Origin: the human T2T-CHM13v2.0 reference genome, Homo sapiens | Assembly: GCF_009914755.1 (NCBI RefSeq) | Contig: NC_060939.1 | Strand: one strand, 5' to 3' | Length of the DNA: 64,000 bases | Part shown: piece by piece, positions 1-26,156 of the stretch | How the letters are laid out: every line of letters begins with the position of its first letter | Numbering within the stretch: position 1 is the first letter of the stretch | Program-made: the position numbers and the translations under genes | The notes under the pieces: generated by a model | Databases searched by the model: none | What the model was told of the DNA's origin: nothing | What the model saw: only the letters and a program-made list of their open reading frames with translations

Positions 1-235
1 ACCTCTATCTAGTTCCAAAACATTTTCATCAACCGAAATGGAGACCCTGTACTCATTAAGCAGTAGCTCCCCATTTCTTCCTCTGTCACCACTTGCAACT
101 ACTTATTTACTTCTTGTCTCCATGGAGTCATCTATTACGGACATTTCATATAAATGGGTCTAGCTTCTCTCACTTAACATAATGTTTTCAGGGTTCATCT
201 ATATTGCTGTATGTATCAGTGCTTCATTTATTTTT
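1..235 (-). mobile_element. Old L1M 3' fragment, interrupted by the L1PA (resumes ~6405-6460)
   Basis: cttaacataatgttttcagggttcatc...atcagtgcttcatt resumes as tttttacagatgaatgatattccatt. Confidence 0.7.
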
Positions 236-310
236 TTCTTTTTGAGTTGAAGGAATTGGCAAATATTTTATTGATCATGGTTAACTATTTTCTAAGTACT
301 GAGACCCAAG

Positions 311-6404
<6,094 letters not shown>

Positions 6405-6464
6405 CATTCATTTTTACAGATGAATGATATTCCATTTTATGAACATACAACATTTTACTTTTTC

Positions 6465-7880
6465 ATTCCTGCTTGTAGTTTGAGATTTGTGAGCCTCTCA
6501 ATCTTTCTGAAATTCATACTTTCATCAAATTTGGTAAGTTTCTGGGCATTATTCCTTCAAATATTCTTCCCATACCTTTCTCCCTCTCTTCTCCCTCTGA
6601 TGAATTCCTATTATGTGGATGTTGATACACCTGAGGGTGTCCCATAGGTCTCTCAGGCTCATCTTCATTCTTTTTATCATTTTTATCTCTATGTTCTCCT
6701 GGTTTCCTTTAGTTTCTTCATCCATGGTTTTTTTATTTTTAGCTCTTTGAGTATATTTAAGACAGTTCACTTAAAATCTTTGGTCTGGTAAGTCTAATGC
6801 TGAGGCTTCCTCTTCAAAGCATGTATTTTTTTTAATCCTGTAAATATGCCATACGTTGTTTCTGTGCATGCCTCATAATTTTCCACTGAAAACTGAATGT
6901 TATAAAGTGGCAACTCTGGAAACCACAATCTGCCCCCTCCTTGGGGTTTGTTAGCTGGTAATAATAATATGGGTTATGTCTCTTTTGCTTAGTAAGTTTT
7001 CTAAACCATTTTTGTAAAGTCTGCATTCTTAGACCTGTGTGGCTACTGGAATCTATATTCCTTTAGCTTAGTGGTCAGCTAGTGTTTTGACAAAGATTTC
7101 TTAAACACCAGGAGCCAAAGACAAAAAAGAACAGAATATCCTCCCAGTCTTTGCACCCTGGCGCAATCCTTCAATGCTTAGCTGGGCCAATTAAAGCCAT
7201 TCCTTATTCTTCACTTTTTGCTTGTACAGAGCCAGAATGAAAGCTTAGGGTCATCTAAGGTCTTTTCTGATCGTATGTCCAGTCTTGAGAATATATATGG
7301 CTTTCTTCATAGCTCAATATACACAGAAGCCTTAAAAAGCCTTGTTCTCCCACAAATCTCCTTTCTGGACCCTTTCCTTCTCATGCTTGACAGTCTCTCT
7401 ATTGCTTATCCCCACTGTTATCCCCTTCCCTATGCACATAATACTTCTGCATTCAAATGCTTTTGGCAAACACAACCCAGGAAGCCACTCCAGCCCTGGG
7501 AACACTCTAAGTTGGGGAAAACAAAGTTAAGTCCTGGCAAGGTTCCTTCAGGGAGCCTCCAGGCAGGTGAAAACACACAATGGCAAGTCTTTAAGAAAAA
7601 GGTCTGTATTAGTTCCCCTGGCACCAGCAACCTGCACCACGACTGCGAGTTGCCATCTTCCTGCCTCTGAACTGGGAAGGAGGGTATGGTAAACAAATTA
7701 CAATATCACTGCACTTTCTTAATGTAATGTAGCAGCTTCTTTCTTTGTTGAACTTTTTCCTTATTAAGTTTTGGTTAGATTTCAAAGTTCTGTGAAAGTT
7801 GAATGTGATAGTTTTCATCAGCTTACTAGTTGCTTTTGTGGAGGCATGGAGACCTGGACCTCACTACTCCACAATTCTTG
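6465..7880 (-). mobile_element. Old L1M 5'/ORF1 fragments
   Basis: ORF 6549..6770 SLRDLWDTLRCINIHIIGI is L1 ORF1-like. Confidence 0.65.
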
Positions 7881-8317
7881 GTAATATCATTCCTATTAGC
7901 TCCATTTTATTATGTAAGAAACTGAAGCACAATAACATTTCCAAGGGAAATATTAAGTTGTGAAGTTGGGATTTCAAAGTCTAGGACATCTGACCCGAGA
8001 GCCTGGGCTCTTAACTACCATCTCAACTATTAATTATTTTGTTCTCCATAACAAAACTATTTTTTTCTTTTTTTTTTTCTCTTTTTCACAGTCTACCACT
8101 AGCTTGTGAACAGAACTGTTTTTAAAGCACTGTCTTCATGGTATGATCTCAAAATTGTAAGTGCCCTTCAAAAGAACCTTTTAACCCCATGAGTAAGGTA
8201 ATTAAAGCTACAAGTGACAATCCAGTTATTGATGCTGTCAGACAGACAGCCTACAAGAGTAGTTTTGTTCCCAAAACATTGTTTTTGATTAAGCACTGCA
8301 TTGTCAAAAATGCAATT

Positions 8318-8965
8318 GTTACAAAACTAAACATACTCTTACCATACAATCTAGCAGTCATGCTCCTTGATAATTACCCAAATGAGTTGAAAACTTATGT
8401 CCACATAAAAGCCTGGACACAAATGTTTACAACAGTTTTATCTATAATTGTTATAACTTGAAAGCAATCAAGATGTCCTTCAATAGATGAATGGATAAAC
8501 TGTGATATATCCAAACAATGGAATATGATTCAGCACTAAAAAGAAATGAACTATCAAGCCACCAGAAGACATGGAGGAAACTTAAATGCATATTACTAAC
8601 TGAAAGAAGCCAATCTAAAGAGGTCACATATTTGTACAATTCCAACTAGATGACATTCTGGAAAAGGCAAAACTATGAAGATAGTAAAAAGATCAATGAT
8701 TGCCAGGAGTTCAAGGGGAAGGGAGAGATGAACAGGCAGAGCACAGAGGATTTTTAGGCACTGAAACTATTCTGTATGATACTACAAAGGTGAAGATGTC
8801 TTTACACATTTATCAAAATTCATACAATGTACAATGCAGAGTGAACCTTAAACTATAGACTTTGATAATAACATGTCAACGTGGTTCATCAACTTTAACA
8901 GTGTGCCACAGTGGTGCAGTATGTTGACGATGGGGGAGGCTAAGTGTACAGGTATAGACACAGCA
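8318..8965 (+). mobile_element. L1MC/MB-type 3' end
   Basis: ORF2 C-terminal/3'UTR motifs (aaacaatggaatatgattcagcactaaaaagaaatgaact). Confidence 0.7.
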
Positions 8966-9166
8966 TGTGGGAGGTCTCCTTTTTTTTTTTTTTTTTGAGA
9001 CAGAGTCTTGCTTTATTGCTTAGACTGGAGTACAGTGGCATGATCATGGCTCACTGCAGCCTTGACCTCCTGGGCTCAAGTGATCCTCACTTCAGCCTCC
9101 CCTGTAGCGGTGACTATAGGCATGCACAACCATGCTGGGTAAATTGGGGGTTTTGTTTTTTTTTAA

Positions 9167-9325
<159 letters not shown>

Positions 9326-9694
9326 TAGTAGAAATGGTTTTCTCCACGTTGGTCAGGTTGGTCTTGAACTCGTGACCTCAGGTGATCTGTCTGCCTGGGC
9401 CTCCTAAAGTGCTGGGATTACAGATGTGAGCCACCGCACCCGGCCAACTTTTGCTTTTTGTAGAGATAGTGTCTCTAATGTTTTCCAGGCTGCTCTTGAA
9501 CTCCTGGGTTCAAGTGATCCTCCCACCCTGGCTTCTGAAGTGCTGCAATTACAGGCATAAGCCACTGCACTGCCCTCTCTGTACCTTTTACTCAATTCTG
9601 TTGTGAACCTAAAACTGCTCTAAACAATAAACTCTATTAATTTTTTTAAATTATGTTAAATGTATCACATTATTGCTTAAATCCAAAAAACTGA

Positions 9695-10111
<417 letters not shown>

Positions 10112-10148
10112 TAATCAGAGCTTTAATGAAATAGGATGGAGGTACTGA

Positions 10149-10448
<300 letters not shown>

Positions 10449-11154
10449 TGAATATTCTTTAAATAGGATTATAAGGTATTTGCCTTGGACCAAATTTTCA
10501 GGAAGAAAGATCAAAAGATAGATAACTCTTTCATTTCTTTTGACTATATTTTGACTAAGTATTCCTAAATATTACTTGTGGTATTCAACAGGCTCACCTT
10601 TCAGCCAGTTTTAATCACTGTAACAAGACTCAAGCCTTGAGTAGAACTCAAAGTATGCTGTGCACAGAAGACAACTGAAGAAAGCACAAGTGCCAATATC
10701 CATATAAATGAAGGTTCACCCTCAACAATAATTTTTTTGCTGTTGTTTTTGTTTTAGAGACGAGGTATGGCTCTATCGCCTAGAGTGAAGTGGTGTGACT
10801 TTGGCTCACTGCAACCTCTGCCTCCCAGACTCAAGCCATCCTCCCACTTCAGTCTCCCAAGTAGCGGGGACTACAGGTGCACGTGCCACCTTCTGGCTAA
10901 TTTTTCCATTTTTTGTAGAGACGAGGTTTCACCATATTGCCCAGGGTGGTCTCAAACTCGTAAGCTCTAGCGATCTGCCTGCTGTGGCCTCCCAAGGTGC
11001 TGGGGTTACAGGTGTGAGCCACAGCGCCTGGCTTAACGATAACTTTTTAAATACAATTTACAAGAACAAATTGTTGCTTAACTAGACAAACTGCATAAAA
11101 TCTATTTTAAATGATGACAGCCATTGTTTTTGTGAGGAAAGATGGAAACTCACT

Positions 11155-11577
11155 GCTATGGTTTAGATATCTGTCCTCCCAAATTTCATATTGAAATTTG
11201 ATCCCCAATGTTTGAGGTGAATTCTAGAGAGAGGTGTTTGGGTCATGGGAGCCAATCCCTAATGAATGGCTTGGTGCCACTGTCCTTTCAGTAATGAGTT
11301 ATCCCTCTATTGGTTCCTTGATTATTAAAAAAAAAGCCCACTACCTCCTCTCCTCCTCCTCCCTCTTTCCTTCTTCCTCTCTTGCCAGGTGATCTGCACA
11401 CACAGGCTCCCCCCTTCACCTTCCACCATGAGTAGAAACAGCCTGAAGCCCTCACTAGAAACAGATGCCGGCACCATGCTTCTTTCATAGCCCACAGAAC
11501 AGTGAGCCAAATAAACCTCTTTTCTTTATAAATTACCCAGCTCCAGGTGTCCTTTCATAGCAACATAAACAAAGACA
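11155..11577 (+). mobile_element. MaLR LTR (MST-like)
   Basis: tgctatggtttagatatctgtcc...gtgagccaaataaacctcttttctttataaattaccc. Confidence 0.75.
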
Positions 11578-12293
11578 CTCACTCTCACTTTCTTGGGGCC
11601 ATAAATTGCTATGAAAAAGCACCTTTAAACTGTGCATACATGTGGATCTAGCAATTCTACCTCCAGGAATTTAGCCTAAAGATTATAAATGTACACAGAA
11701 ATATAGCTAGACATTATGAACATAACTTTATCCATAATAGGGGAAATTTGGGAACAACCCCAATGTTCATCAATTGGGAGTTATTAAAATCATAATAAAA
11801 TGGAACACTAAGCAGCCATAAAAAGGTGAAGTAGTATTCAATGTACCAATTTGGTAATAAAAAGAAAAAATTATACAATGGTATATAATATGATCTTATT
11901 TTGGTTAATATGCATGTGCTCTGTGTAATCACACCAAACTGCTAAAACTATTAGAACATAAAATTACAAAGGATTTTTACTTTTAAGTTATAGAATTAAA
12001 AACTTATCCCAATATACAATTCTTCTGAGATCAGAAAATAAAGACTTAAAAGCAAATGTAGTTAAAATATTAATCACAACACTGCATAAAATTCCAAGAT
12101 AATGAAACTCATAAAAGTTCAAGAACAGAGAATTGAACAAATTGCAATGTACTCATACAATAAGACCCTATACAAGCATTTAAGTAACGATGCAATACAA
12201 TATTTACCAAACTGACGACATGTCCATGTTATATTGCTAAGCTACAAAAAAAAGTCATATAACACATACTCTAAGATTCCCTTTTTAAAATAA

Positions 12294-12566
<273 letters not shown>

Positions 12567-12837
12567 TGAGTAGCTTGGATTACAGGTGCCTGCCACCATG
12601 AGCAACTAATTTTTGTATTTTTAGTAAAGACAAAGTTTCACCACATTGGCCAAGCTGGTCTCGAACTCCCAACCTCAAGTCATCTGCCCACCTTGGCCTC
12701 CCAAAGTGTTGGCATTACAGGCGTGAGCCACTGTACCCAGTCCTAATGGCTATCTTTTGTTTAAAAAAATTAACAAAGACTGTCATGCCTAACTTACATT
12801 CAGTTAAAATTCTGTACAAATAAAACTGGGGTTTAGG

Positions 12838-14095
<1,258 letters not shown>

Positions 14096-14977
14096 TAATA
14101 ACAACTTTTAGGCTAGGTGCAGTGGCTCACGCCTATAATCCTAGCACTTTGGGAGGCTGAAGTGAGACGATTACTTGAGCCTAGGAGTTCTATACCAGCC
14201 TGGGCAACATGGTGAGACCCAACCCCCACAAAAAATTTTTTAAAATTAACCAGGCATGGTGGTATGTGCCTGTGGCCCCAGTTACTTGGAGTCTGAGGCA
14301 GGAGGATCACTTGAGCCCAAGACGTCAAGGCTGCAGGGAGCCATGTTCATACCACTGTTCTCCAGCATGGGCAAGAGTGAGACCTTGTCTCAAAAAACGA
14401 AACAAAACGTAACTTCTGTAATATGTATATTATACCTTCATAAAGTTGTTATAAAATTAAAAACTTTAATCAGCTTTGTAAAAACCATAACCCAACATTG
14501 ATAGCTGTCATCCTTCCTCTAAATTTTTAACTGGTGATGTTTTGAGGAATTAATTATGAATTTGAAAATAGTATCCATACAATGCATATTTATGAAAACT
14601 TAAGGCATATTTATAGCTTTAGACCTTATTTCAATTTTTCCAAACTCTCTTTCAATTATATTTTATCACAGATAATTTTAGATGAAGTTTAAGAGTTCTT
14701 ATTTTTAATAAGTTTCTTCCTGTTTACAGATATTTATGGGGGGATAATTATAAAAGCAATACATGTGTACAGTAGAAAATTCAGAAAACACAAAGAAACT
14801 AAAAATCACTCATACTATCATCCAGAGATCCAACCATTTTTAACATTTTGGTCTATAGCTTCCAGATTTAACTTTCTTTTCAAATATTAGCATAGTATGG
14901 GAGAACAATTCAGAAATACACAAATTTAAGAAAACTAAAATATGTGTTCAATGCCCCAAATCCCCAAATATACTTAC

Positions 14978-15022
14978 GGTTTTGTCTCCAATAAAGGTAA
15001 GGTTTGTTCCATTCTCCTTAGC
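14978..15022 (-). CDS. TMEM87A: TMEM87A coding exon 6 (AKENGTNLTFIGDKT); later exons of the long 7TM isoform lie beyond the left edge of the window
   Basis: aag|GCT acceptor, ACC|GTAAGT donor, 45 nt; cumulative 504 nt = 168 codons. Confidence 0.94.
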
Positions 15023-15214
15023 CTTTAAACATTAAAAAAAAATAATAATTAATTCAGAACTTCTTGTTTTTAGCTGCCCAAGTTCCTGTAGCCACTGGGG
15101 AAGCCTGCTCCCCAGGTGCAGCACTCCCTCCTTAGAGATGCAGTGAGCACGGGTATCTCCTGCACCACCAAAGTTTTTACTGCACTCTCAGAAATATATA
15201 ATGAAAACAATTAC

Positions 15215-15268
15215 CTCCTGTTTTTCTCCTAAAAGAGGCAGTCGATGCATAAAATCTCCAGAAAAGGT
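15215..15268 (-). CDS. TMEM87A: TMEM87A coding exon 5 (TFSGDFMHRLPLLGEKQE)
   Basis: tag|ACC acceptor, GAG|GTAATT donor, 54 nt. Confidence 0.95.
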
Positions 15269-15598
15269 CTATAAAAGAAACACAAAACAAAACATTAAAG
15301 GTGTGTAAATACTAGAAGAAAAGTGTAGCTCAAAATACAAAGAAATGGTTAGAACAAAACACCACACCCTAACTAGTAAATATAATAACACAGCATCAGT
15401 AGACAAAACATTTCCAATTAACCACAAACAAGTGAATAAAACCCTGCTGGGAACTAGAAAATAGTATCAAACCAAAATGGCCATTCAATTTTTCTATCAG
15501 AATAATAAACATTTAAGAATGACAAAGCTTTAGATATAGGATGTATGCTTAGGATAGAAGAAGCTTAGATCATTTCCCCTCATTCTACAGATGAGTAA

Positions 15599-15954
<356 letters not shown>

Positions 15955-16546
15955 TAAACCTAATATTCTTGATGCTTAGGTCTGCTGTCCCTTCCACCAT
16001 ACTACATTTTTTATGCCTGTAAAAAACTACACTAATTATCTTTCTTACCAGTTATCAGTAGATGAGGCATTGTCCTTCCTGAGTAATGAGACTGTGTAAT
16101 TCAACCCTGTTACATTAGACTGGAGGAGGAGAGGAAACCTTACCAATAAGCCAAGACCCTGGAAAGATTACAGCACATCTAAAAGTAGTCAGCCTCCAGC
16201 AACCAGATGCATCAGGTAGCTTTCCATAATCAAATCCAAGAAAAGACCAACCAATCCTCCTAGTCTAAGGGATAAATTTGGAAAACCAACAGAAAACATA
16301 CAAACTACACAACATCACATTGCTTCTAGCTTTCTCTACCATTCTTTCACCATCTTAAAGCTATTTTCTTTTCCCTCCAAGACCATAAAATCTAAGTTAT
16401 AATAAAAGCGGAACTCTTCCTTCAATTACCAATTAATTCATCTGCTCATCAATTATCCCTTTTTTTTTTTTTTTGAGACCAAGTTTCACTCCCGTCGCCC
16501 AGGCTGGAGTGCATTGACACTATCTCAGCCTCCTGGGTTCAAGTGA

Positions 16547-16825
<279 letters not shown>

Positions 16826-17164
16826 TAATTTTTAAATATAGTAAGGACAAGTATAGATGATAATTACTATAACTATTTTCAACACATATAAAATTTTTCT
16901 ATCAAAAAACTGAGATTACTATTTCTAAGACAACAAAATTTGATATCAGAATCTCCACTTACATGATTGCATATGTGTAAGCACGAAAAATGTATGATTA
17001 TTCACATCTCCCTCTTTCTACAAAATTAAGGTGTGAAATTGAACTCTAAGACAATGATGATACCCTTCTGATTTCAGATCTATAGAAGTAAATTTTAAAA
17101 ACCCTGATTTTTCTGGGAACATATTAATTAGATGAGGAGACCAAAGAATTAAAAATGTGACGTT

Positions 17165-17900
<736 letters not shown>

Positions 17901-18107
17901 ATGGGGGTTTGCTTTTTACACACAAAGCAAAGTACAACCTCTCTTTGATGAGTATGTATAAGTGGCTGACTATGTACCTATCAGAACATGCTTCCACTTA
18001 CTTCTGCCAAAAGAAATACTTGAGAAGTCGGAAGTGGATACAGCCAAAAATATATACATTCCAATTTTTGCCTATTCTATTTATCTCCAATCACTTTCAA
18101 AGATTAC

Positions 18108-18221
18108 CTGTGTTTTAAAGAGTTCACTGCAGTTCTGGAACAATTTTGATGATGTTTGATATTTCCCAGACAAGCCTCTTTTTTCCTTAAGTTTTTCCAA
18201 ATACAACTCTACTTCTTCTGC
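18108..18221 (-). CDS. TMEM87A: TMEM87A coding exon 4 (AEEVELYLEKLKEKRGLSGKYQTSSKLFQNCSELFKTQ)
   Basis: ccag|GCA acceptor, CAG|GTAATC donor, 114 nt; contained in ORF 18081..18284. Confidence 0.95.
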
Positions 18222-18685
18222 CTGGAAAAAGAGATAATACAGAGTAGTTAACTCACCTTCCAAAAAATAAGATACTAAGAGCACAGCACAACAAACAGTT
18301 CACCTGCAGTACAGATACAATTTTGAGTTTGCTATTTTAAAAATGAACAGCATCAGATAAAGGCTCTATATAAAAATATCTAAGAATCAAACACTATCAG
18401 ACTCAAGGACTATTAGACTCTAGTCTTTGGCTCACAAGGCATAGTTCTACTAACAATTCTGAGTAGACTGGGAAACTGCCAGAGTGTAGAGGGTTTTGTC
18501 ACATTAAAATATACTTAAAAGATTTACTTGACCAAATTAACAACATCAACAAAAAAATATTCATGCTCATAAGCTACGATAGAGCAGAAAATTGTTGCAA
18601 GCACAGAACTAGGATAATCTTCTTAAAAATGCAAATTGAGAGATAGAAACAGAATGGAAAAGGTCTGAAAAATTCAACTCAGAAC

Positions 18686-18693
18686 TATATATA

Positions 18694-18726
<33 letters not shown>
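18686..18726. repeat. (TA)n/(TG)n microsatellite
   Basis: Direct reading; adjoins the L1 poly(A) tail. Confidence 0.9.
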
Positions 18727-18742
<16 letters not shown>

Positions 18743-20177
18743 AACTTTTATTTTAGGTTCCGGTATACATACGCAACTTTGTTATATAGGTAAACTGAAC
18801 TCACAGGGAACTGTTTTACAGATTATTTCATCACCCAGGTACTGCCTAGTACTCAAGAGTTATTTTTTCTGATCCTCTCCCTCCTCCCACCCTCCACCCT
18901 CAAGTAGGCCCAGTGTCTGCCGTTCCCCTCTTTGTGATCATGTGTTCTCATCATTCAGCTCCCACTTATAAGTGAAAACGTGGTATTTCGCTTTCTGTTC
19001 CTGTGTTAGTTTGCTAAGGTTAATGGCCTCCAGCTCCTTCTGTGTTCTTGCAAAGGAAATGATCTCATTCTTTTTTATGGTTGCATATGTATCACATTCT
19101 TTTTTATGGCCGCATATGTACCACATTTATCCAGTTTACCATTGATGGGCATTTAGGTTGATTCCATGTTTTTGCTATTGTAAACAGTGCTGCAGTGAAC
19201 ATATATGTGCATATGTCTTTACGGTAGAATGATTTATATTACTTTGGATATATACCCAGTAATGGGATTGCTGGGTCAAATGGTAATTCTGTTTTTAGCT
19301 CTTTGAGGAATTGCCACAGTGCTTTCCACAGTGGTTGAACTAATTTACACTCCCACTAACAATGTATAAGCATTCCCTTTTCTCCACAACCTTGCCAGCA
19401 TCTATTATCCTTTGACTTTCTCATAATAGCCATTCTGATGTGAGATGGTATCTCATTGTGGTTTTGATTTGCATTTCTCTAATAATCAACGATACTGAGC
19501 TTTTTTTTTTTCATATGCTTGTTGGCTGTATATCTTCTTTTGAAAAGTGTCTGTTCATGTCCTTTACCCACTTTTCTATGGGGTTGTTTTTTGCATATAA
19601 ATTTGTTTAAGTTCCTTATAGAGGCTGGATATTAGACCTTTGTTGGATGCATAGTTTGCAAATATTTTCTCCCATTCTGTAGGCTGTCTACTCTATTGAT
19701 AGTTTCTTTTGCTGTGCAGAAGCTCTTAAACTTAATTAGATCCCATTTGTCAATTTTTGCTTTTGTTGCAATTGCTTTTGGCGCAATTGCTTTTGGCATC
19801 TTCATCATGAAATCTTTGCCACTTCCCATGTCCAGAATGGTATTGCCTAGGTTGTCTTCCAGGGTTTTTATAGTTTTGGGTTTTACATTTAAGTCTTTAA
19901 TCTATCTTGAGTTGATTTTTGAATATGGTGTGAGGAAGGGGTCCAGTTTCAATCTGCATATGGCCAGCACGCTACCGCAACACTATCTACTAAATAGGGA
20001 GTCCTTTCCCCATTGCTTGTTTTTTGTCAGCTTTGTTAAATATCAGATGGTTGTAGGTGTGCGGCCTTATTTCTGGGCTGTCTTCTCTGTTTCATTGGTC
20101 TTTGTGTCTGTTTTGGTTACTGTAGCCCTGTAGTACAGTTTGAAGTCAGGTAATGTGATGCTTCCAGCTTTATTCTT
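18727..20177 (-). mobile_element. 5'-truncated older L1PA (3' 1.45 kb)
   Basis: ORF2 C-terminal fragments ([11 protein letters not shown]) and 3'UTR. Confidence 0.88.
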
Positions 20178-20179
20178 TG

Positions 20180-21840
<1,661 letters not shown>

Positions 21841-21980
21841 CTGCAAATTGGGAAGCATGCATTCTAGTTTCAGCTCTCCTCCTCCATAGCTACATGATAC
21901 TCTTTCCTCTATGAAATTAAGAGACTGGAACCAGATAATCACTAAGGTCCAAAAAAACTCTGTAATTTTATGTTCCTTAC

Positions 21981-22066
21981 CTTGAAGTTATAGATTTCAT
22001 TGTAACAATCAGCGCTTTTCAGATACCAGGTTATATTCAAAGACAGGTCACAAGGTTCTCCATCAA
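21981..22066 (-). CDS. TMEM87A: TMEM87A coding exon 3 (FDGEPCDLSLNITWYLKSADCYNEIYNFK)
   Basis: gtag|TT acceptor, AAG|GTAAGG donor, 86 nt, restores phase 0. Confidence 0.95.
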
Positions 22067-23688
22067 CTACAAAAGAAGAAATCTTTGTTAACAAAAGATA
22101 ATTCCCCAACAAAGCATTTTTCCTAAGCTGTTAACCTATATCCTATTTATTTCGTACCCTAAACTGAGATACTCAAAGACCATCCTTTCTCCAAACATAA
22201 GGTATTGAAATAATACATGCAAAAAGAGCTGGATATTAAGATAAAAGTATTGTTGTTCATAGAAAAATAGCAGGTAAGCAGTTTTTAACCTCTGGAAACT
22301 GTGGATCTATTTTTATGCCATAAAGTCCTAACTTCTGGATCTCTATTGAGAAAAACCTGGGAGTGATAAAGCACTCTAAATTCAAGCCAGTCTTCTATTA
22401 TTTAAGTATTTATTGAGCAGGCTAGGTGCGGTAGCTCACACCTATAACCCCAGAAGTTTGGGAGGCCAAGGCAGGGGGATCGCTTGAGCCCAGGAGCTCA
22501 AGACCACCCTAGGCAACATAGTGAGAACTCATCTCTACAAAAAATGATTAAAAAGCTAGGCGTGGTGGTACATGCTTGTAGTCCCAGCTACTCAGGCAAG
22601 GGAGGCAGGAGGATCACTTGAGCCCAGGAGGTCAGGTCTGCAGTGAGCCATGATGCTACCACTGCACTCCAGCCTGGGCGACAGAGCGAGACCCTGTCTC
22701 AAAAAACATAAATAAATAAATAAATAAATAAATAGCACAAGTATTACAAAGGTATAATGGCACACTGTTAGGCTAAAGAGGGAAACGAGTGGAAACAAAT
22801 TATTAAGACCCTTCAAAAGGCTAGTTGAAGAGACAAGCAATAATAAAATTAGGAATGCATGTCACAGGGCAATATTCACAACTGTTAAATGGTGTTAAAT
22901 GATGATATACATAATAGTTCCACTGAGAGCAAAATTGCTATCTCAGACCTTGAAAGATATCAAGATAGAACAGAAAGAGCAATGAACGAAAAGCAAACAT
23001 GGCTGTGGAAGGTAGAAATAGCAAAAGCAAAGATAAGAGTATCAGATTTTTTTTTTCAAAGCCTACCTTAAAAGAGGCCTCAAGGAAGCTCATGTTATCA
23101 TGGAAGCTTCATAAAGCTCATTAAACACAGTTTGGAACACAGTATTCTAATGGATCAAGACATTATTCTGAAGACTTGGGAGGGTAAATCTGACTATATG
23201 ACTGATTAGCTGGAGGAAGTCAGTATTCGCTTTTATCTTTGATTCTAGCTATGAAAGGAAAAATATACTAAAGACTCCCTACTTTATATAAATGTAATAA
23301 TAAACATGACAAAAATAAACATGACTGCATTTAGGAATCTACTTTTCATTCATAACAAAAGACGCAACCTAATTATAAGCTTCCTTTTTTTTTCTTTTAA
23401 ACTGTTTTCTCAAACTAATTTTTAGATGACCAACACATTTTCAAAGGACTCTATTAGAATGTTCAAAAATTTGACCTGTTGGATAGAATTTATGGAAATG
23501 ATAAAAAGCAATTGGGCTATGAACTATTCAAAATAATCCATACAGGGACAGGATTAACTAATAAAAAGCCAGTAAGAACACATCCCCCAAACAGGAGACT
23601 TGTAAGGAAATTTGGCAGCAAAAATACTGCTGTTTATGTTACAAGACAATATTTAGAACTTTAAATGAAAGGCTTTAAGAGACAATAA

Positions 23689-24107
<419 letters not shown>

Positions 24108-24257
24108 TTAAAGTGTCTCAGGCCGGGCACGGTGGCTCACACCTGTAATCCCAGAACTGTGGGAGGCCAAGGCAGGCAGATAACTTGAGGTCGGGAGTTC
24201 GAGACCAGCCTGGCCAATATGGTGAAACCCCCACCTCTGCTAAAAATACAAAAATTA

Positions 24258-24464
<207 letters not shown>

Positions 24465-24480
24465 TCAAAATACGCAGTTA

Positions 24481-24675
<195 letters not shown>

Positions 24676-25467
24676 CTACAAGAGAAAAAAAGACTGGACC
24701 TAATAAAAGAATAAAACAGCAAACAGGCTGTCAAGCTATTCCAAAAGACAAGGGTTACTAGGTTACCCAGTAAACCAATCTCACAAGGCCAGTGTCAGAG
24801 TAGATTTGATCTAAATCAAATATAAGTCACTGGTCAGGAGACTGATTACATATTCATGGATACAGTATATATTCTTCAGAGAAATTCTACCTGCTGTTTT
24901 CACTCCCACTAGAATGTAAGCTCGATGAGGGAAGAACATTTTTCTATTACTTCCCCACAGTCTATGCAATAAGTAATAATTACTCACTAAACAATTGAAA
25001 AGAATAAAATTATCCAACTATGACTTAAAATTTTGCACTTCCGTGAAGACAGTATGCATAGAATCACACATCTATCATCAGGATTTTTATCCCTCATCTA
25101 GAAATAAAGCTGCCCACGATCAATCGTTCTCTAAATTAAAGCCGGTTTCAGAACTAAAAGGAAGCTTTTACTGAACACACAATGGGATACTTTAGATTCA
25201 GATACAGTCATTTTTCCACTAGACAAACTAGTTTTGTTCTACATAATCCCTATTTCTTGATAATATCTGAGCTTCCTCTTCCAAAGCAGTAAAATACTCC
25301 TTTTGTAAATAAAGGATCTACTAAATATATTCCTTCACAGCCAACGGCCTGACAAACCTAGGTCATGTTTGCAGTAAACATTTAACAAGCACACAAGAGT
25401 AAAACCTCTTTAATCTACACAGAACAGATTAAAACCACCATGCAGGGAATCAACCCCAACATAATCA

Positions 25468-25799
25468 CAGTCATTCACTACATAACATTTCAGTAAATGA
25501 AAGACTACATATACAACGGGGGTCCCATAAAATTGTAATATCGTATTTGTACTCTACTTTCCTATGTTTAGATATACAAAAACTTACCATTGTGTTACAA
25601 CCACCTATAGCATTCAGTACAGTAACATGTTATACAGGTTTATAGCCTAGGAGCAATAGGCTGTACCATACAGACTAGGCGTGTAGTGCCATCCAGTTTT
25701 AAGTATACTCTATGATGTTTGCATAATGACAAAATCACCTAAGGATGCTTTTCTCAGAAAGTATCAACTGTAAATGTAATTCGACTGAGATGTGACTGA
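25468..25799. mobile_element. Tigger3-like (TcMar) element
   Basis: cagtca...tgactg termini; ggtcccataa, tagcctaggagcaataggct motifs. Confidence 0.7.
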
Positions 25800-26095
25800 A
25801 TATTCAATGTAGTATATACAGCATATATATTAATATATACATTATATATACTAATATATAATGTCTACATAGTGTATATATGCAATGTAAACACCAGAAA
25901 AACAAGAGAAGAAAATAAAGTTCACACGAGTACTTTGAAGATGATTCAGTAAAAGGACCTTAGTAATACTAAAAATATTTATACCTAGATAATGCCAGAC
26001 TATTAGATTTCAGAACTTATAAAATAGGTAATTTAAAACATTACCTATAAATTTTTAAAATTCAAATTAAAACTTCATGAAATTCAAAAACTCAC

Positions 26096-26156
26096 ACTTC
26101 AGGAAGATAGTGGTATTTCTGAAGAGGATCTTTCCAAAACTAAAATAATTTTTCCC
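26096..26156 (-). CDS. TMEM87A: TMEM87A coding exon 2 (GKNYFSFGKILFRNTTIFLK)
   Basis: gcag|GGG acceptor, T|GTGAG donor, 61 nt, phase consistent with exons 1 and 3. Confidence 0.95.

Noticed and set aside
15095-15115. GC-rich hairpin in TMEM87A intron 5
   Set aside because: Only a 7-bp stem; too short for a miRNA or snoRNA call
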